Origin: Octopus sinensis
Lineage: Eukaryota
Assembly: GCF_006345805.1 (NCBI RefSeq)
Contig: NC_043009.1
Span: forward strand, 44,206,001-44,270,000
Direction of reading: 5' to 3'
Length of the DNA stretch: 64,000 nucleotides
Part shown: in pieces, positions 26,152-38,899 of the stretch
Layout of the letters: each line of letters opens with the position of its first letter
Numbering within the stretch: position 1 is the stretch's first letter
Notes under the pieces: generated by a model
Databases searched by the model: none
Seen by the model: only the letters and a program-made list of their open reading frames with translations
Told to the model about the DNA's origin: nothing
Program-made: the position numbers and the translations under genes

Positions 26152-26245
26152 GTTCTTTCACAAATTCAGAAATATGACAACTTTATTGTGCCAGTTGTGG
26201 ATTCATTGAAATACTTAACATCATTGTCTTATGATGTCCTAGCTT
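26152..26245 (+). CDS. THOC2: THOC2 exon: [31 protein letters not shown](Y)
   Basis: tccag acceptor; ends at U12-type donor GTATCCTT (26246). Confidence 0.96.
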
Positions 26246-26396
26246 GTATCCTTGCCTTTTTCAATATTTGAAGATAACTTTTAACCTCGTTAATATATTC
26301 ATTTATATACAATTTTTGTAAGTGTATGTATTCAGAAAAATATGTCATACTCAACAGCAGAGGTTGGCACTTTCTCTTTTATTCCTACCAAACGCT

Positions 26397-27980
26397 TACC
26401 ATAAAAACTCATGTAATTTGTGCACCTGTGTAATTTACATAGGTGATTTTCAGGATAAAAATTGTTTAAAAAAAAGCTTCTTCTCATGTAAAATTTGCAC
26501 TCAAAGTTTCCAGAATTGCTGATATGGCCAGAGGGAAAAGGTTTTCAATTTAGTTGTATTTAGCATAATTTCTCTTATTTATGATTAGATTTAATTAAAT
26601 TTTCATTAAATAAGAATAATTTAACAGGTATCACATTGAAAGCGATTTTAAATTACAAAGTGTTTGTGTCATTTATAATAAACTTTATTTTACATTTCTT
26701 GCTCACAAGAGATTATGTCCAATCTTTAGCATACTACTGTATGTCTTCTGAAATCATGATCGTGGGAAAAAGTTGTTAATTCTTATCAGCAAAAACAAAG
26801 CCGATAAATATGCACAAGTGTTGCAAAATAAGTTTAATTATCAATAAACATCAGCTTGGATGACACTTTACTCAACTGACAGAGGAAGGTGACCGATCAA
26901 ACTGATTATGGAAACAGAATTCTGATTGGTTGAAAGTGTCTTCTTGTCTCAAGCTCTGATTTTTCTGCCTATTCTTGTCAGAACCTTTGATTCAGAGCAT
27001 TGAAATTTTAATCTCAGTCACATTTATAAAATGTCAAGCAAACTTTAAAATTTCTCATTACTGTTTTAGCTGGGAGACCAGACTGAAAGTTTGTTAACCC
27101 GCTAAAATAAACATGAAAAATTGAAAGGAGAAAATAAACAGCTTTGCAAGTTTAACAGCTTTGCAAGTGTTTATTGAACAAGAGAGGTACGAAATTTAAG
27201 AAGCGACTTGTTAGAATATACACGTCTGTGAGGGGACATAAACAAGAATAGCAAAAATTTACTATGTGGACAAAACTGATAATACATATATTACAAGTGT
27301 TCTATGAAGAGAACATAAGATTGCTGCATAATTCAACATGAATGTGAAATGACATTAAACATCGTATAAGGTAAATGAAGGTTTCTGTAAGAATGCTAAG
27401 TCATATTCACTTAGTGAGTTTACATGAGCAAGGATGAATTATGATGTTGTCGTCGGCATTAGATGCACTAAGAGCCGATAGCAGCAATGTCGGCAGTAAT
27501 GAATTTCATTGTCCTAATGCAGAGAAAGTGAGCAATAGCTTCCTGGAGGCAAACGTAAGCTAGACTTCTTAAGTGGAGAAAAACTGACCTATTTAAGGAA
27601 ATTGCTTCGCTCCATTGCGATAGATAAAAACGCCAAGCTATGTAAAACATGACCCGAACTGTGATTACCAGCATGAATGTCAAACTCCAAAAAGCAGTTA
27701 ACGATTTAATGGTTTTAGTAAATTTATACAGATGATGTAGGCATTATACCGTCCAGCATAAGTAAAAGTCAATTTCATTATATTTTTTCTGTAAAAACCT
27801 ATTCTGACATTGAATGAGTCCACTTCCTGTACGAATGTTTACATTTGTACGTCATTTTCCAACAATAAAAAATTTCTTTAAAAATTCTGGAAACGATTTA
27901 CTCATGTAATTTATGCACCCCCTAAAGTTTATTTCTGTTTTTGCGAAAATAGTGCTTAAATTACATTTGTTTTTACGGTA
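26397..27980. mobile_element. TA-flanked Tc1/pogo-like DNA transposon remnant inside the U12 intron
   Basis: Terminal inverted repeats taccataaaaactcatgtaattt / aaattacatttgtttttacggta; recurring subterminal motif ctcatgtaattt.tgcac at 26409, 26482 and 27901. No intact transposase. Confidence 0.6.
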
Positions 27981-28271
27981 ATTCCATAGTGGTCTACTTA
28001 ATCTTTTATTTCTCTAAGATATTGTACTTGATTCAGTCAGCTGTATTTCTTGCAATAATCTTTCTTGTGTCAAATCGAAAGAAATTGATAATTACCATAT
28101 TTTTCCAGCATACAAGTCAAATATTTCAAACAAAACTTTACAGCCAAAAAGTGTAGGTGAACATATACATCAAAACGACTTTGGTGGACCAAGAAGTCTG
28201 TGAAATGCAGCAGGATTTGGAAAGACAGTGACAATGCTTGAATATTCGTACTACATACTTAGTTAACTTGT

Positions 28272-28686
28272 ATGCCAGAAAATGCGTGGAGGCGCAATGG
28301 CCCAGTGGTTAGGGCAGCGGACTCGCGGTCATAGGATCGCGGTTTCGATTCCCAGACCGGGCGTTGTGAGTGTTTATTGAGCGAAAACACCTAAAAGCTC
28401 CACAAGGCTGCGGCAGGGGATGGTGGTGATCCCTGCTGTACTCTTTCACCACAACTTTCTCTCACTCTTACTTCCTGTTTCTGTTGTACCTGTATTTCAA
28501 GGGGCCGGCCTTGTCACTCTCTGTGTCACGCTGAATATCCCCGAGAGCTACGTTAAGGGTGCACGTGTCTGTGGAGTGCTCAGCCACTTACACATTAATT
28601 TCACGAGCAGGCTGTTCCGTTGATTCGGATCAACCGGAACCCTCATCGTCGTAACCGACGGAGTGCTTCCATCCATGCCAGAAAAT
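28272..28686 (+). mobile_element. Young tRNA-derived SINE (Octopus OK/OR-like, long family) with 12-bp TSD
   Basis: tRNA-like head with A box TGGCCCAGTGG and B-box-like GGTTTCGATTCC; CpGs retained; TSD ATGCCAGAAAAT at 28272-28283 and 28675-28686. Older copies near 13380, 18355, 29740, 44375 (+) and 24500, 52680 (-). Confidence 0.88.
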
Positions 28687-28833
28687 ATGGTAGATTGGAC
28701 TATATTAATTATATTAATGCTCCTTTACGTTTCACTGAATGATTCTAATGAAGTTTGCTGTTTTTTTTTTTTTTTATTATTTTCATTCAGAAAGAGTTGT
28801 CTTTTATTCACTGTTAACCTTAACTCTCAAAAG

Positions 28834-28914
28834 ATTCTGTTGTTGAAGCTGTGGCCAATCCAGACCGTGAAAGACTCAAGCATGATGATACAAATATTTC
28901 TCTTTGGTTACAAA
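28834..28914 (+). CDS. THOC2: THOC2 exon: (Y)[26 protein letters not shown]
   Basis: Preceded by U12-type branch site ACCTTAAC and AG with no pyrimidine tract; donor GTAAAT. Matches human [27 protein letters not shown]. Confidence 0.95.
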
Positions 28915-30253
28915 GTAAATCTTGTTTTCTCTATCATAATTATTACATTTTCATTGTAATTATTAAATTATATTAAAATCTCATTATTTATATAATTTAC
29001 ATCATGTGACAGTTACCATTTGAATAAGAAGTTAACGTCCTCAGACCTGAATCCATTTCTGGTTCAAATCTCAGTTAAAGACATTTCACTTACCACTACA
29101 CTCGCGGAGTGGTTGGCGTTAGGAAGGGCATCCAGCCGTAGAAACACTGCCAGATCTGACTGGGCCTGACGAAGCCTTCCAGCTTCACAGACCCCAGTTG
29201 ACCCGTCCAACCCATGCTAGCATGGAAAGCGGACGCTAAACGATGATGATGATGATGAATTCATATTTATCTGGGAAAGGCATGAACATTACAACTTCAG
29301 TCTCCCACAATCTAAAAGTGGATATGATATAAACTTTACATTTTTATTAAATTCTTTGACATTATAATTGAGATTTGATAATTCAAAATATAAAAAAATT
29401 CTGAAGAAGTTTGAAAAAAAAAAATGTATCTTTCAGAAAAATTTGTTTTTGTTCTTTTGTGAATTTTGATTTTAAAAAAAAGTCATATTAATCAGAATGA
29501 TTTTAAAGGGAAAATGTTGATAAATTATACAAAGATTAGAACTTCTCACATTTAAGCCTTTAGCATTTAAGCTGGCCATATCAGGCCTAAATATTCTACT
29601 TGTTTTATGTTTAAACTGGCCAGATCTGGCCTCTTATACCTACTTCACAATGTCATTCTAAAAACAAGCATTAACGTCATTGGAATCTTAAATCTACAAG
29701 ATAATGTATGATTAATTAATTCAAAACAATGTTGAATAACTGTGGAGACGCGTGGCTTGGTGGTTAGGGTGTCAGCATCATGATTGTAAGATTGTGGTTT
29801 CAATTCCTGGACTAGGCGACACGTTGTGTTCTTGAGCAAAAAACTTCATTTCACATTGCTCCAGTCCTCTCAGCTGGCAAAAATGATTAACACTGCGATG
29901 GACTGGCGTCCCATCCAGCTAGGGAAAACATATGCCATAGAAACTGGGAAACCAGGCTCATGAGCCTGACTAGGCTTTAAAAGGGTGCATTTATTTTTAT
30001 TTAATATTGAATAAATTAGTGTTACATTTGACAGTAATGCTAAAGTATTAAATTTCAATCAGATGGTGCTCTTGCTTACATTTTGTGAGATTGTGTATTT
30101 AATCTAACTATCAGAAGATAATTTTACTCCCTAATCCTATATGTTGCTTATTCTAATTTCTGTTCAAACTGCTCACAAGATTAATTTGCATATATTTTAG
30201 TACTTTGTTTGATTCTTTTTCTGCGTTGTTAAGTCATCTTTTATCTTTTGCAG

Positions 30254-30350
30254 GTTTGGCTAGCTTTGCTGGCTCCGTTTGTAGGAAATATCCTGTAGAA
30301 CTGGCAGGTCTCATGCAGTATGTGGCCAATCAGCTCAAAGCTGGCAAAAG
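30254..30350 (+). CDS. THOC2: THOC2 exon: [32 protein letters not shown]
   Basis: tgcag acceptor, AG|GTAATT donor, [12 protein letters not shown] motif. Confidence 0.97.
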
Positions 30351-31526
30351 GTAATTCTGAGCAAGAATCTAATATCTTGAAATATATTCTATTATAGTTA
30401 TCAGAAAAGATTTTTTTACAATAATGTTTAGACTATAGAATGTTATATAATAGGTAGCATAGTAATGTACTAGTTAATGTAACTATTATTCACACCCTTA
30501 ATCCCTTTTGCTGTGAAATTAAATTTCTGGTTATTCCAGTAACGAAATATCTATCAGAAAATATCTATCTGTTAAATATCTATCAGAAAATAGAATTGGT
30601 ATTTTCTGCAAGTCTTGTTGCTTCAATAAACTTGACATAACTCAACAGAAAAAAAGTTTCAAACATCACATTCCACTGCAAACAGTAGATTGGTATATAA
30701 AACTGCTTTCTGCAGTTAAGGATAATAAAATTTTACTATCTGCAGTAAAAAGGTTAAAACTGTACTCTGAAAATTTAATTTTAATCTAAAGTGAAATAAA
30801 ATGGCTATGTCAGGCTGAATAAGTGAAGTGAATGAACAGCCTGCTATAAATATCAAACTTCCTTTATTTATTTTTTTTTTTTAAGTGAAAAAACTTACCT
30901 TTTATTGATGGGTTAGCACAAGATGAAAAAGAATGGAGAGCAAGATAGGTGCATACAAAACAATAGACTGATTTGTGGTGAATGATGAAAAGTGTGTGAT
31001 TAATTTATTGGATTAAGGGTGAGTTAGTGGAAAGTGGCAACTGGGAGATTATTGTTGATCCATTGCTTGTTTGGTCTTTCGATACCAACTTGCCTGAGAC
31101 TGGTTCAATGATACAAACTTCCTCTTTTAAGGTGATCTAAATTAAAGCCTTTCATTAAAATTTCATATTAATTTACATACTAAATACCTTATAATTTCCA
31201 AAATTATTCGAAGCAAAAGCAGTATATTTCAACAGAAATATGGCAATGAAAGTGGTTGGTACTAGGAAGGGCATCCAGCTGTAGAAGCTATACCAAAGCA
31301 CACAATAGAGTATGATGCAGTTCTCTGGCTTGCCAGTTCCTGTCAAACCATCCAACCCATGCCAGTATAACATTATTAGTTTATTTTTTTAGTTGCTTAT
31401 TATTCAGTTAATTTATTTGATCATAATTATAGCTTGTTATTGTTAAACTAATGATTTAGATCACATCATTTAAATTCTCATACGTTACAATTTTATTTTA
31501 AAATGTGTATTTTTATATTCTTATAG

Positions 31527-31644
31527 TTTTGATCTCTTGTTGTTGCGAGAAATTGTTCAGAAAATGGCTGGCATTGAAATATCTGAAGAAATCACTGATG
31601 ACCAACTTGAAGCTATGTCCGGAGGAGAGCTACTTCGTCAAGAG
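31527..31644 (+). CDS. THOC2: THOC2 exon: [39 protein letters not shown]
   Basis: tatag acceptor, GAG|GTAATG donor, VQKMAGIE and QLEAM.GGE motifs. Confidence 0.97.
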
Positions 31645-31824
31645 GTAATGTCATAGTCCTAATGTCATAGAGCTAAAGTTATGGGTATTAATTTATTGCT
31701 TTATTTTATTCAAAAATACAGTGAAAAATCTTTAGGGTGTTGGGGATTTCTTTAAAACTATGATTCATAAAAGAATTTCATGTTTCTGTATTTACTGAGT
31801 TTCATACAATTTTTCATTTGACAG

Positions 31825-32004
31825 GGTGGCTATTTTGCTCAAGTTCGGAATACTAAGAAATCTTCAACCCGATTAAAAGATGCCTTGCTAGAACATGACC
31901 TTGCATTATCCCTTTGCTTGCTTATGGCCCAACAAAGAGATGGTGTAATATATAAGGAAGGCAACGAACGTCATTTGAAATTGACTGGGAAATTATATGA
32001 TCAG
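31825..32004 (+). CDS. THOC2: THOC2 exon: [60 protein letters not shown]
   Basis: gacag acceptor, CAG|GTATTT donor, RNTKKSS.RLKDALL motif. Confidence 0.97.
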
Positions 32005-32551
32005 GTATTTTAACATCTTTTATCTTTTACTTTCAGTCATTAGACTGTGGCCATGCTGGGGCACTACCATGAAGAATCTTTACTCAAATGTATTAACCCT
32101 AGTATTTACTATTTTTTTAAAGCCCATTACTTATTCTATCGGTCTTTTGCCAAACTGCTAAATTCCAGGGATGTAAACACACCAACACTGGTTGTCAGCC
32201 TGTGGTGGGGGGACACAAACACATACACACAGAGGCTTTTTTCAGTTTCTTTCCACCAGCTCTACTCTCAAGGTTTTGGTTGGCCTGAGGCTATAGCAGA
32301 AGACCCTTGGCCCAAAGTGTCACACAGTGGAACTGAACCTGGAACCATGTGGCTGGAAAGCAAGCTTCTTACACAACCATGCCTGCACCTCTAACATCTC
32401 TATAGATTCTTACTTTTTTTTACACCACGTCATGTTTTGATGTATTTCCATCATATTTTCACCATTTCATTTAATAGCTGTTGAGAACCAATCACTAGCA
32501 TTTAGATTTAACTTGTAGCTCTTATAAGAAATGTTTGTTTTTAAGTTAAGA

Positions 32552-32772
32552 TTAACCCTTTTTATATCAAAGTGCCTGAGATCACCACTGGTTCTATGAT
32601 ACCAACTCTTGTTGTTTTAAAGTAATCAAAATTTAAACTTTCCATCAAAATTTCATGTTAATTTATATGTTAAACATTAGCTTAATGAGGATAGAATTAT
32701 TTCACTAAGTTCTTCATTATTTTCAAAGTTAATAGAATCAAAGGCAATAGAAATATGGTAACAAAGGTGTTA
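32552..32772. mobile_element. Second TTAA-type MITE family
   Basis: ttaacccttttt...gataccaac...ccatcaaaatttcatgttaattt...aaaggtgttaa. Related pieces near 7040, 19780, 31080 and 55763. Confidence 0.6.
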
Positions 32773-32958
32773 AGCGCAATTCAGCCATATAAGAAACATG
32801 GTAAAACCTATAGAAACATCAGTTTTAAGTATGACTACCTTGTGAGGATTCTAATTTAAAAAAAAAATATTAAGCTAAGTGCAGATTCTCCTCTCTAGTC
32901 TGAATATGTTTTGAAATTGATAAACATTAATTTTGTATGACAATTCTTTTTGATGCAG

Positions 32959-33123
32959 TGCCAAGATACTTTGGTCCAGTTTGGAAGCTTTTTATCAATG
33001 CAACTGAGTACAGAAGAATTTATCAAGCGTCTACCACCAATCAATGAATTAATTGGTGTTTATCACGTCCCTCAAGATGCTGCATTCTTTTTATGTCGAC
33101 CATTATATTCATATAGAGTCAAT
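32959..33123 (+). CDS. THOC2: THOC2 exon: CQDTLVQFGSFLSMQLSTEEFIKRLPPINELIGVYHVPQDAAFFLCRPLYSYRVN
   Basis: tgcag acceptor, GTAAGT donor, DTLVQFG and DAAFFL.RP motifs. Confidence 0.97.
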
Positions 33124-34266
33124 GTAAGTATCTATCATAACCACATCATACCTATTTTTGCAATTCCTTTCTGATTTGGTTTAGCAGTTCTGTTATAGAA
33201 TTTTTCTGCCTACAGTCAATTCACCTAATAAAATCTCCTTGCTTAATGAAATCAATTCAGTCTATATGCCATTGGCCCAGCTCTGTTATAATTACTGATT
33301 ACTGACAGCTCTTTATCATTCAGTTTTATTAAATGTTTCAGTACTGTATTTGATGGCATAAAAGATGCACGAGCATTTTAAATGCACTCCAAATTCAGCA
33401 GTAGATATTCACGGGGTAGTGGGGAACCCATCTTAGTGCCTTATGGGAGACTCAGTTTCACATATAGGACCCAGGGTGATTTTTTTTTTTTGCTGAGGAG
33501 ATGAGTTTTTTAAAAATGCCCTTAATATATCTTATATGGGCAGGAGAGAATGCACACTGTTTTAGGGCCTTCTACTTAACGGCTTTGTAGTACACCTGCC
33601 CCCATCACTGATGTGTGACCCACCTTCTGGATTTGTAATTGGCCTTCTCATTTGCAGCTGGCCACAAAACATTTCATATCTTCTTCACTTTTGGTGAAGA
33701 GGCATCTTGATCTAATGACTTCACTCAGGAAGAGCCTCAGCTGGAGTATTTATCAACCCACTGTGGTTTGACTTCTGGGATGACTTTCATGTTAGACAGT
33801 CAGTTGACCTACACTGCTTCAAATGCTTACATTTCTTGTCTTGATGTATCCTTTAGTCCTACTTAGGTACCAAGTGTAATGAATTCATTCTGCAATATAT
33901 ACAGTGAGACAAACTGAGCCATTTAAGAGGTATGCATTGTGGTCAGGAACATCTTGCAGTACTGCAGACGATCCATTATCATTAGGTCATCAATGAAAGC
34001 TTTTTCCTCTGTGTTGAGTCTTCTAGGTAAACCAACCTAGTGGATCTCATCTGTTTTCAAGCTATTGAATACAACCAGAAATTACAAATACACAGATAGA
34101 TTGAATTGAAATGGATAAACCAGCAATCAATTTTATTTTTACAATAAATATCCTGTTTATTAAGATTTTACCACCTCACCCATAAGATACATAACCTTTA
34201 CTTGTCAACAAATTAAATTACTTTGTTAAAAAACACACATATAATTTCTTTTCTTTTTCTTTTCAG

Positions 34267-34329
34267 ACTAAATTTGAAGAGTTGAAGAAAGCAGAAAAGT
34301 CTAGTAAACAGTTCTCCAGTCAACAGAAA
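34267..34329 (+). CDS. THOC2: THOC2 exon: TKFEELKKAEKSSKQFSSQQK
   Basis: Long pyrimidine tract plus cag, GTAGGT donor, 63 nt. Matches human SKYDELKKSEKGSKQ. Confidence 0.92.
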
Positions 34330-35358
34330 GTAGGTGTTTATTACCTCATCTTTTGATATCAAGAACATACGTGTACTATTTGAACAGATCATGTGACAGC
34401 AGTAGTGTTCTGTTGCTTGTCAAACAGTTGGAATGTATAATTGTCAACATCGTGTTGCCCTAATTATGTATATGCATAACATGTATGTCTGTGTGTCAGG
34501 CATGGCTTTGTGGTAAGAAGCTTGCTTCCCAACCACATGTTTCCAGGTTGAGTCCCACTGCATGGCACCTTGGGCAAGTGTCTTCTACTATAGCTTCAGG
34601 CTGACCAAAGCTTTGTGAGTGGATTTGGTATGTGTGTGTGTGTACCCCTCGCCCCACTGCTTAACAACTGTGCTTGTGTGTTTATGTTCCCGTAACTTGA
34701 TGGTTCAAAAAAAGTCCGATAGAATAAGTACCAGGCTTTTAAAAAATAAATACTGGGCTTGATACATTTGACTACAAATTTGTCAAAGTGGTACCCAAGC
34801 ATGACCACAGGTCTAATGACTAAAACAAGCAAAAGATAAAAGATGTATATATATATATATATTTAAAATGTTTATGAACTGAATTTTTGTATCCTCAAAG
34901 ATAATTTCTATCAAAGAACTGCAATGTATTAATTGGAATCAACCTCTTAGAAATAGCTAAGTTTCTTCAAATAACACATTGCCTTGTAAATAGTCGTAAA
35001 ATCAATTCTTGATGTTGATATTTATAATACTTGTTACATATGTTGTTACCAATCTGATGTTGAAATCAATAATGCTCATTATATCTACGGTTAACAACCC
35101 CCTTCTACAATAGTGGTAACATATATGATGTTTGATGTTTATTATGCTCCCACTGTTATTAAGCTTCTCTCACAATAGTGATTAGTAAGCGACAGTAAAA
35201 CTGTTGCTCTAAAGAATGTACCAAAACAATGTGAATTTGATAATGGATCCACTCCATATAAACTAGAGCAAAGTACTTAAAAGAAATGCTTATTGATATT
35301 TGGTTCAGCAGTAACTGAAATAACTTTAAAAAAAAAATTTTTTTATTTTTTTATTTAG

Positions 35359-35453
35359 ACTCAGAAATATGTTGAAGCAAGTTCCCTTGTTATGGAACCT
35401 GTGATCGAGTTGATTCGTCCACTGTATCCGGCTAAGGTTTGGGATGATCTGAG
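35359..35453 (+). CDS. THOC2: THOC2 exon: TQKYVEASSLVMEPVIELIRPLYPAKVWDDL
   Basis: tttag acceptor, AG|GTAAGT donor, KVWDD motif. Confidence 0.95.
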
Positions 35454-36479
35454 GTAAGTAGGTTAAAATGATGTTGACAATGATGTACAGGAGGTGGAGG
35501 CGGTGGCAGCAGCAGTCCCCTGCTCCTCCTCCTTCTCTTCCTCATCATCATCATCATCACAGCTAATCTATTCTCTCACTGTGTCATTGTACTGCCACAG
35601 TGTATCTGTTGTTGGTTCTTCACAACCTCATAATATTTCTGATTAGTTGAATGCAAGTAGAACTAGTTTGGCACTGAAAGAGGATTTTGATTGGATATGG
35701 CATTTCAGTTATGGATGGGAGATGATATGCATTCCTGTAGAGATAGGTTTTTGAGGGTTTGTTGGAACTAGGGTTCACTCAATGCTCAGGAGCCTTGGAC
35801 TAGATCGGAAGAGAAAAAAGGTGTTGCCAGAAAATTGTTGGAAACTGCTGAGAAAACAAGCCATCACATCTAGCTCGATAGAGAGGATAAGTAGTGCAGT
35901 AAGAACCAGAGCATTGAGGTGGTGGAAACATCTGGCCTTGAGTTGCAACATCCAGTTCACCAAAGCTTATGCTGTTGTGTTGGTGTCTTGTCACGTACAT
36001 CAGTGGGTGGTCCTGAGCAGCTCTGATGTTGTTATGGATGGGGTCAAAGCACCTACAGAGTTGCTTCATCACCTGATGAGACATTGACTCTTGTATTCAG
36101 AGACAGAGTACAGCAGCACCCTTCGCACACAAATGTTTACTCTAAATGGTGTTTTAGCTCATAACTAAGTGGCATGTTTTTACAGAAAATATAATTTTGT
36201 CAAAGGTCATTCTTAAATGTTTCACAACTAGAGATTTGATTAGGGATTGTGCGTTTTGATAGTCATATTGGCTACTTATTATACAAATGCATTATTGATT
36301 TTCATGCTTCCATTTATTTTGATAATTAATATCAATCTTCTACCATTCTTCAGTGAGCTGAAATATCAGTGTCTGTTGCATATGTTTAGTAAATAACCAG
36401 TTTCATAAATAGCTAGTAAACTGCTGTGAATACAAAATACAATAATTCTATTAAGATTGTTTTTTAATTTAAACCGCTT

Positions 36480-36825
36480 GATATGAACCCATCTGAGACT
36501 GCCCTTGGATCTGTGGAATAAATTACTTGTAGAGTTTCTACCTATGCCTTTTCTACAGATCGAGCAGGGCTATCTATCTGAAGGGATTTGTGATTTGTCT
36601 GCCTTCCTACTTACTAAGACTTGGGCTTTTGCTAGCTTAACTCGACGGCCCTTCGATTCTAGACTTTGCTTCCATACCTGGAACTTCTCTAGTTCTGGTA
36701 GTGATTCAGCAATAAGAGCAAGGTCATCAGCATAGAGGAGCTCCCAGGGGCAACCTGTCTTAAATTCTTCTGTTATTGCCTAGAAGACTATGATGAACAA
36801 GAGGGGGCTGAGTACCAACCCTTGG
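36480..36825 (-). mobile_element. Decayed RTE-clade reverse transcriptase fragment
   Basis: Minus strand GLVLSPLLFIIVF*AITEEFKTGCPWELLYADDLALIAESLPELEKFQVWKQSLESKG; YADD at 36734-36723. Confidence 0.88.
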
Positions 36826-37569
36826 TTAATATAATTTTTATATGATCCTAAAATGATACAGTATGTTGGAATGTTTTACTAAGATTTTTAAGAGAGTGTT
36901 ACATTTCTGTATTTGCTTTCATGTAGTTATTGTTGAAAGGATAGCTGTTTTCTTCAAGTTATTGAAATAATTTCTACTGCTCACTATTTGTAATATGTTT
37001 ATGTAATGCTTACTCTCTCTCTCTCTGAATAATCAAAGTAATAGCAAAAATTTAATACATAGGTTGTATGGTTGAGAAGCTTGCTTTTCAACCATGTGGT
37101 CTTGGGTGCAGTCCCATTGTGAGGCAAATGTCCTCTTGTATAGCCCCGGACCAACCAAAGCCTTGTGAGTGGAATTGATAGGTGGAAACTGAAAGAAGTC
37201 CATAATGTGTGTGTCTTTGCGTTTGTTCTCCACCACCACTTGACAATCAGTATTGGTTTGTTTACATCCCTGTAACTTAGTAGTTCTGTGTAGAGACCAA
37301 TAGATTAAATACCAAGCTTAAAAGATAAATACTGGTGTCGATATGTTTGATTAAACCCTTCAAAGTGGTGCCCCAGCTTGGCCACAGTCCAATGAATGAA
37401 ACAAAGAAAAGATAAAATACATTTTGTTTTTTTGACATGCTGTGCTGCTACACCTTACATAGTGCTTTATTTTTTTATTTAATGTTTTCTTTTTAGTTAC
37501 TTAATGGTGACTATTTGATTGTACTAAATAAAATATCCATTGTTCTAACTGAAATTCTTTTCTTTCCAG

Positions 37570-37693
37570 TACACCATTCTATTTTACTTTCTGGGCCCTT
37601 TGTATGTATGATCTCCATGTTCCACGTACAGCTTATGAGAAACAGATCCAGCAATTAAAAGCACAAATTGTGGCCATTGATGAAAATGACTTG
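37570..37693 (+). CDS. THOC2: THOC2 exon: TPFYFTFWALCMYDLHVPRTAYEKQIQQLKAQIVAIDENDL
   Basis: tccag acceptor, GTATGT donor, FY.TFW.L.MYDL.VP motif. Confidence 0.96.
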
Positions 37694-38899
37694 GTATGTG
37701 GATTTCCATTTATTAATTATTATCAGATTCAGGAACATGTATACGATATTAAAGTGCATTAACCGAAGATGGGCAGAAAGCATTTAGCACCTCTCTTCAA
37801 ATTGCAGGAACATATTTGTGTCCCATCATTCATGCGCATAGCATTATACATTCAACAGAACATGTAGCCTTAGCACATCCTCTGCATTCATTTCTTTGTT
37901 GTCCTGCAACATTTTACTTTATACACTTGTCATATACTCTGTCATTCACTTAAATATTGAATTACCCTTCTTACCAACGGAAGTAACAGTCTCAAAAGCA
38001 GTGAAGTGTGTCTTCTTACACGCATTTCATTGCTTTTAGAACACATTCCTTCACTGGTCATCCACATAATGGAAGCTATTTACGTTAGACTGGTGTCTTC
38101 ATCTTGATTGCTGCTTTCACTACATTTCGGCTGTTGTGCACTCCAGCCTTCTTCCAGCCAAAACAATGAAAGCAACAATTACGACAAGGACACTAGTCCG
38201 ACTTTTGTTAATAGTGTACATAATATAAATTCCTTATCTCAGAAATATAGAATTGTTTAATCGAAGCTATCAACTAATTCCAGGTATTTGGAAATATTTA
38301 TTTCATGGCTTCTCTTATTGTTAACTATTCCTGTGCATCAGTTATGTACAAAATCTTCCTTCACTTTCAACCTGCCTGTGATCCCATATTCACTTCGTGT
38401 GCACCAGTTTACATTGGTTATATTTTATGCAATTCCTTCTTGCTCTTTTTCTACATTTGCAGATGGCACTAGTAGTGTCCTGTCTCGTTTCCCGCCAACT
38501 AAATCTTTTGTCAGGTTCCTCCTTTACATTTCTTGATTCTAGACTTTACTTTCACATTTGGACTTCCCTAATTCTTTGACTAATTCAGGGGAGGAGAGGC
38601 CATTGAGAATTATATTCTGGTGAACACCAAACTACTTACTGACCTTGTAGTTGACTCATATTGCTGATGATATTGTTGTACATGAATGACTAACACAGTT
38701 CTCACATGTCATTCATCTATACAATTTCCTTAGCAACCACCAGACTACAGTGTGTGGCATTCAACCAAAATCCTCCTCCAGCTCTAGTTTACTCTTTGTT
38801 AAAAACTTCTGTAAGTTGTCCCATAAACAAGATGGCATCAGTGTTATTGTGTCCTGGGCCAAAACCTCCTGAACTGTATCTCATCTAAATTCTTTCTAA

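Larger units (their letters stand above)
26246..28833 (+). other. U12-type (minor spliceosome) GT-AG intron of THOC2, 2588 nt
   Basis: 5' site GTATCCTT; branch site ACCTTAAC at 28817-28824 about 10 nt before AG; no pyrimidine tract; reading frame requires exactly these ends. Confidence 0.92.

Noticed and set aside
27441-27560. Short frame MMLSSALDALRADSS... as the missing THOC2 exon in the U12 intron
   Set aside because: No THOC2 similarity; it lies inside the DNA transposon remnant, and the true exon is at 28834-28914.
28290-28362. tRNA gene
   Set aside because: The tRNA-like sequence has A/B boxes but no clean acceptor stem, runs into a 300-nt SINE body and is bounded by a TSD; it is a SINE head.
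33846-33854. Perfect U12 donor consensus GTATCCTTT (and GTATCCTTA at 54374)
   Set aside because: Deep in introns with no upstream exon or matching U12 branch site needed by the reading frame; probably chance.
33400-34060. Possible LINE RT remnant on the minus strand
   Set aside because: Only a vague DDLMIM-like word; too decayed to support a call.
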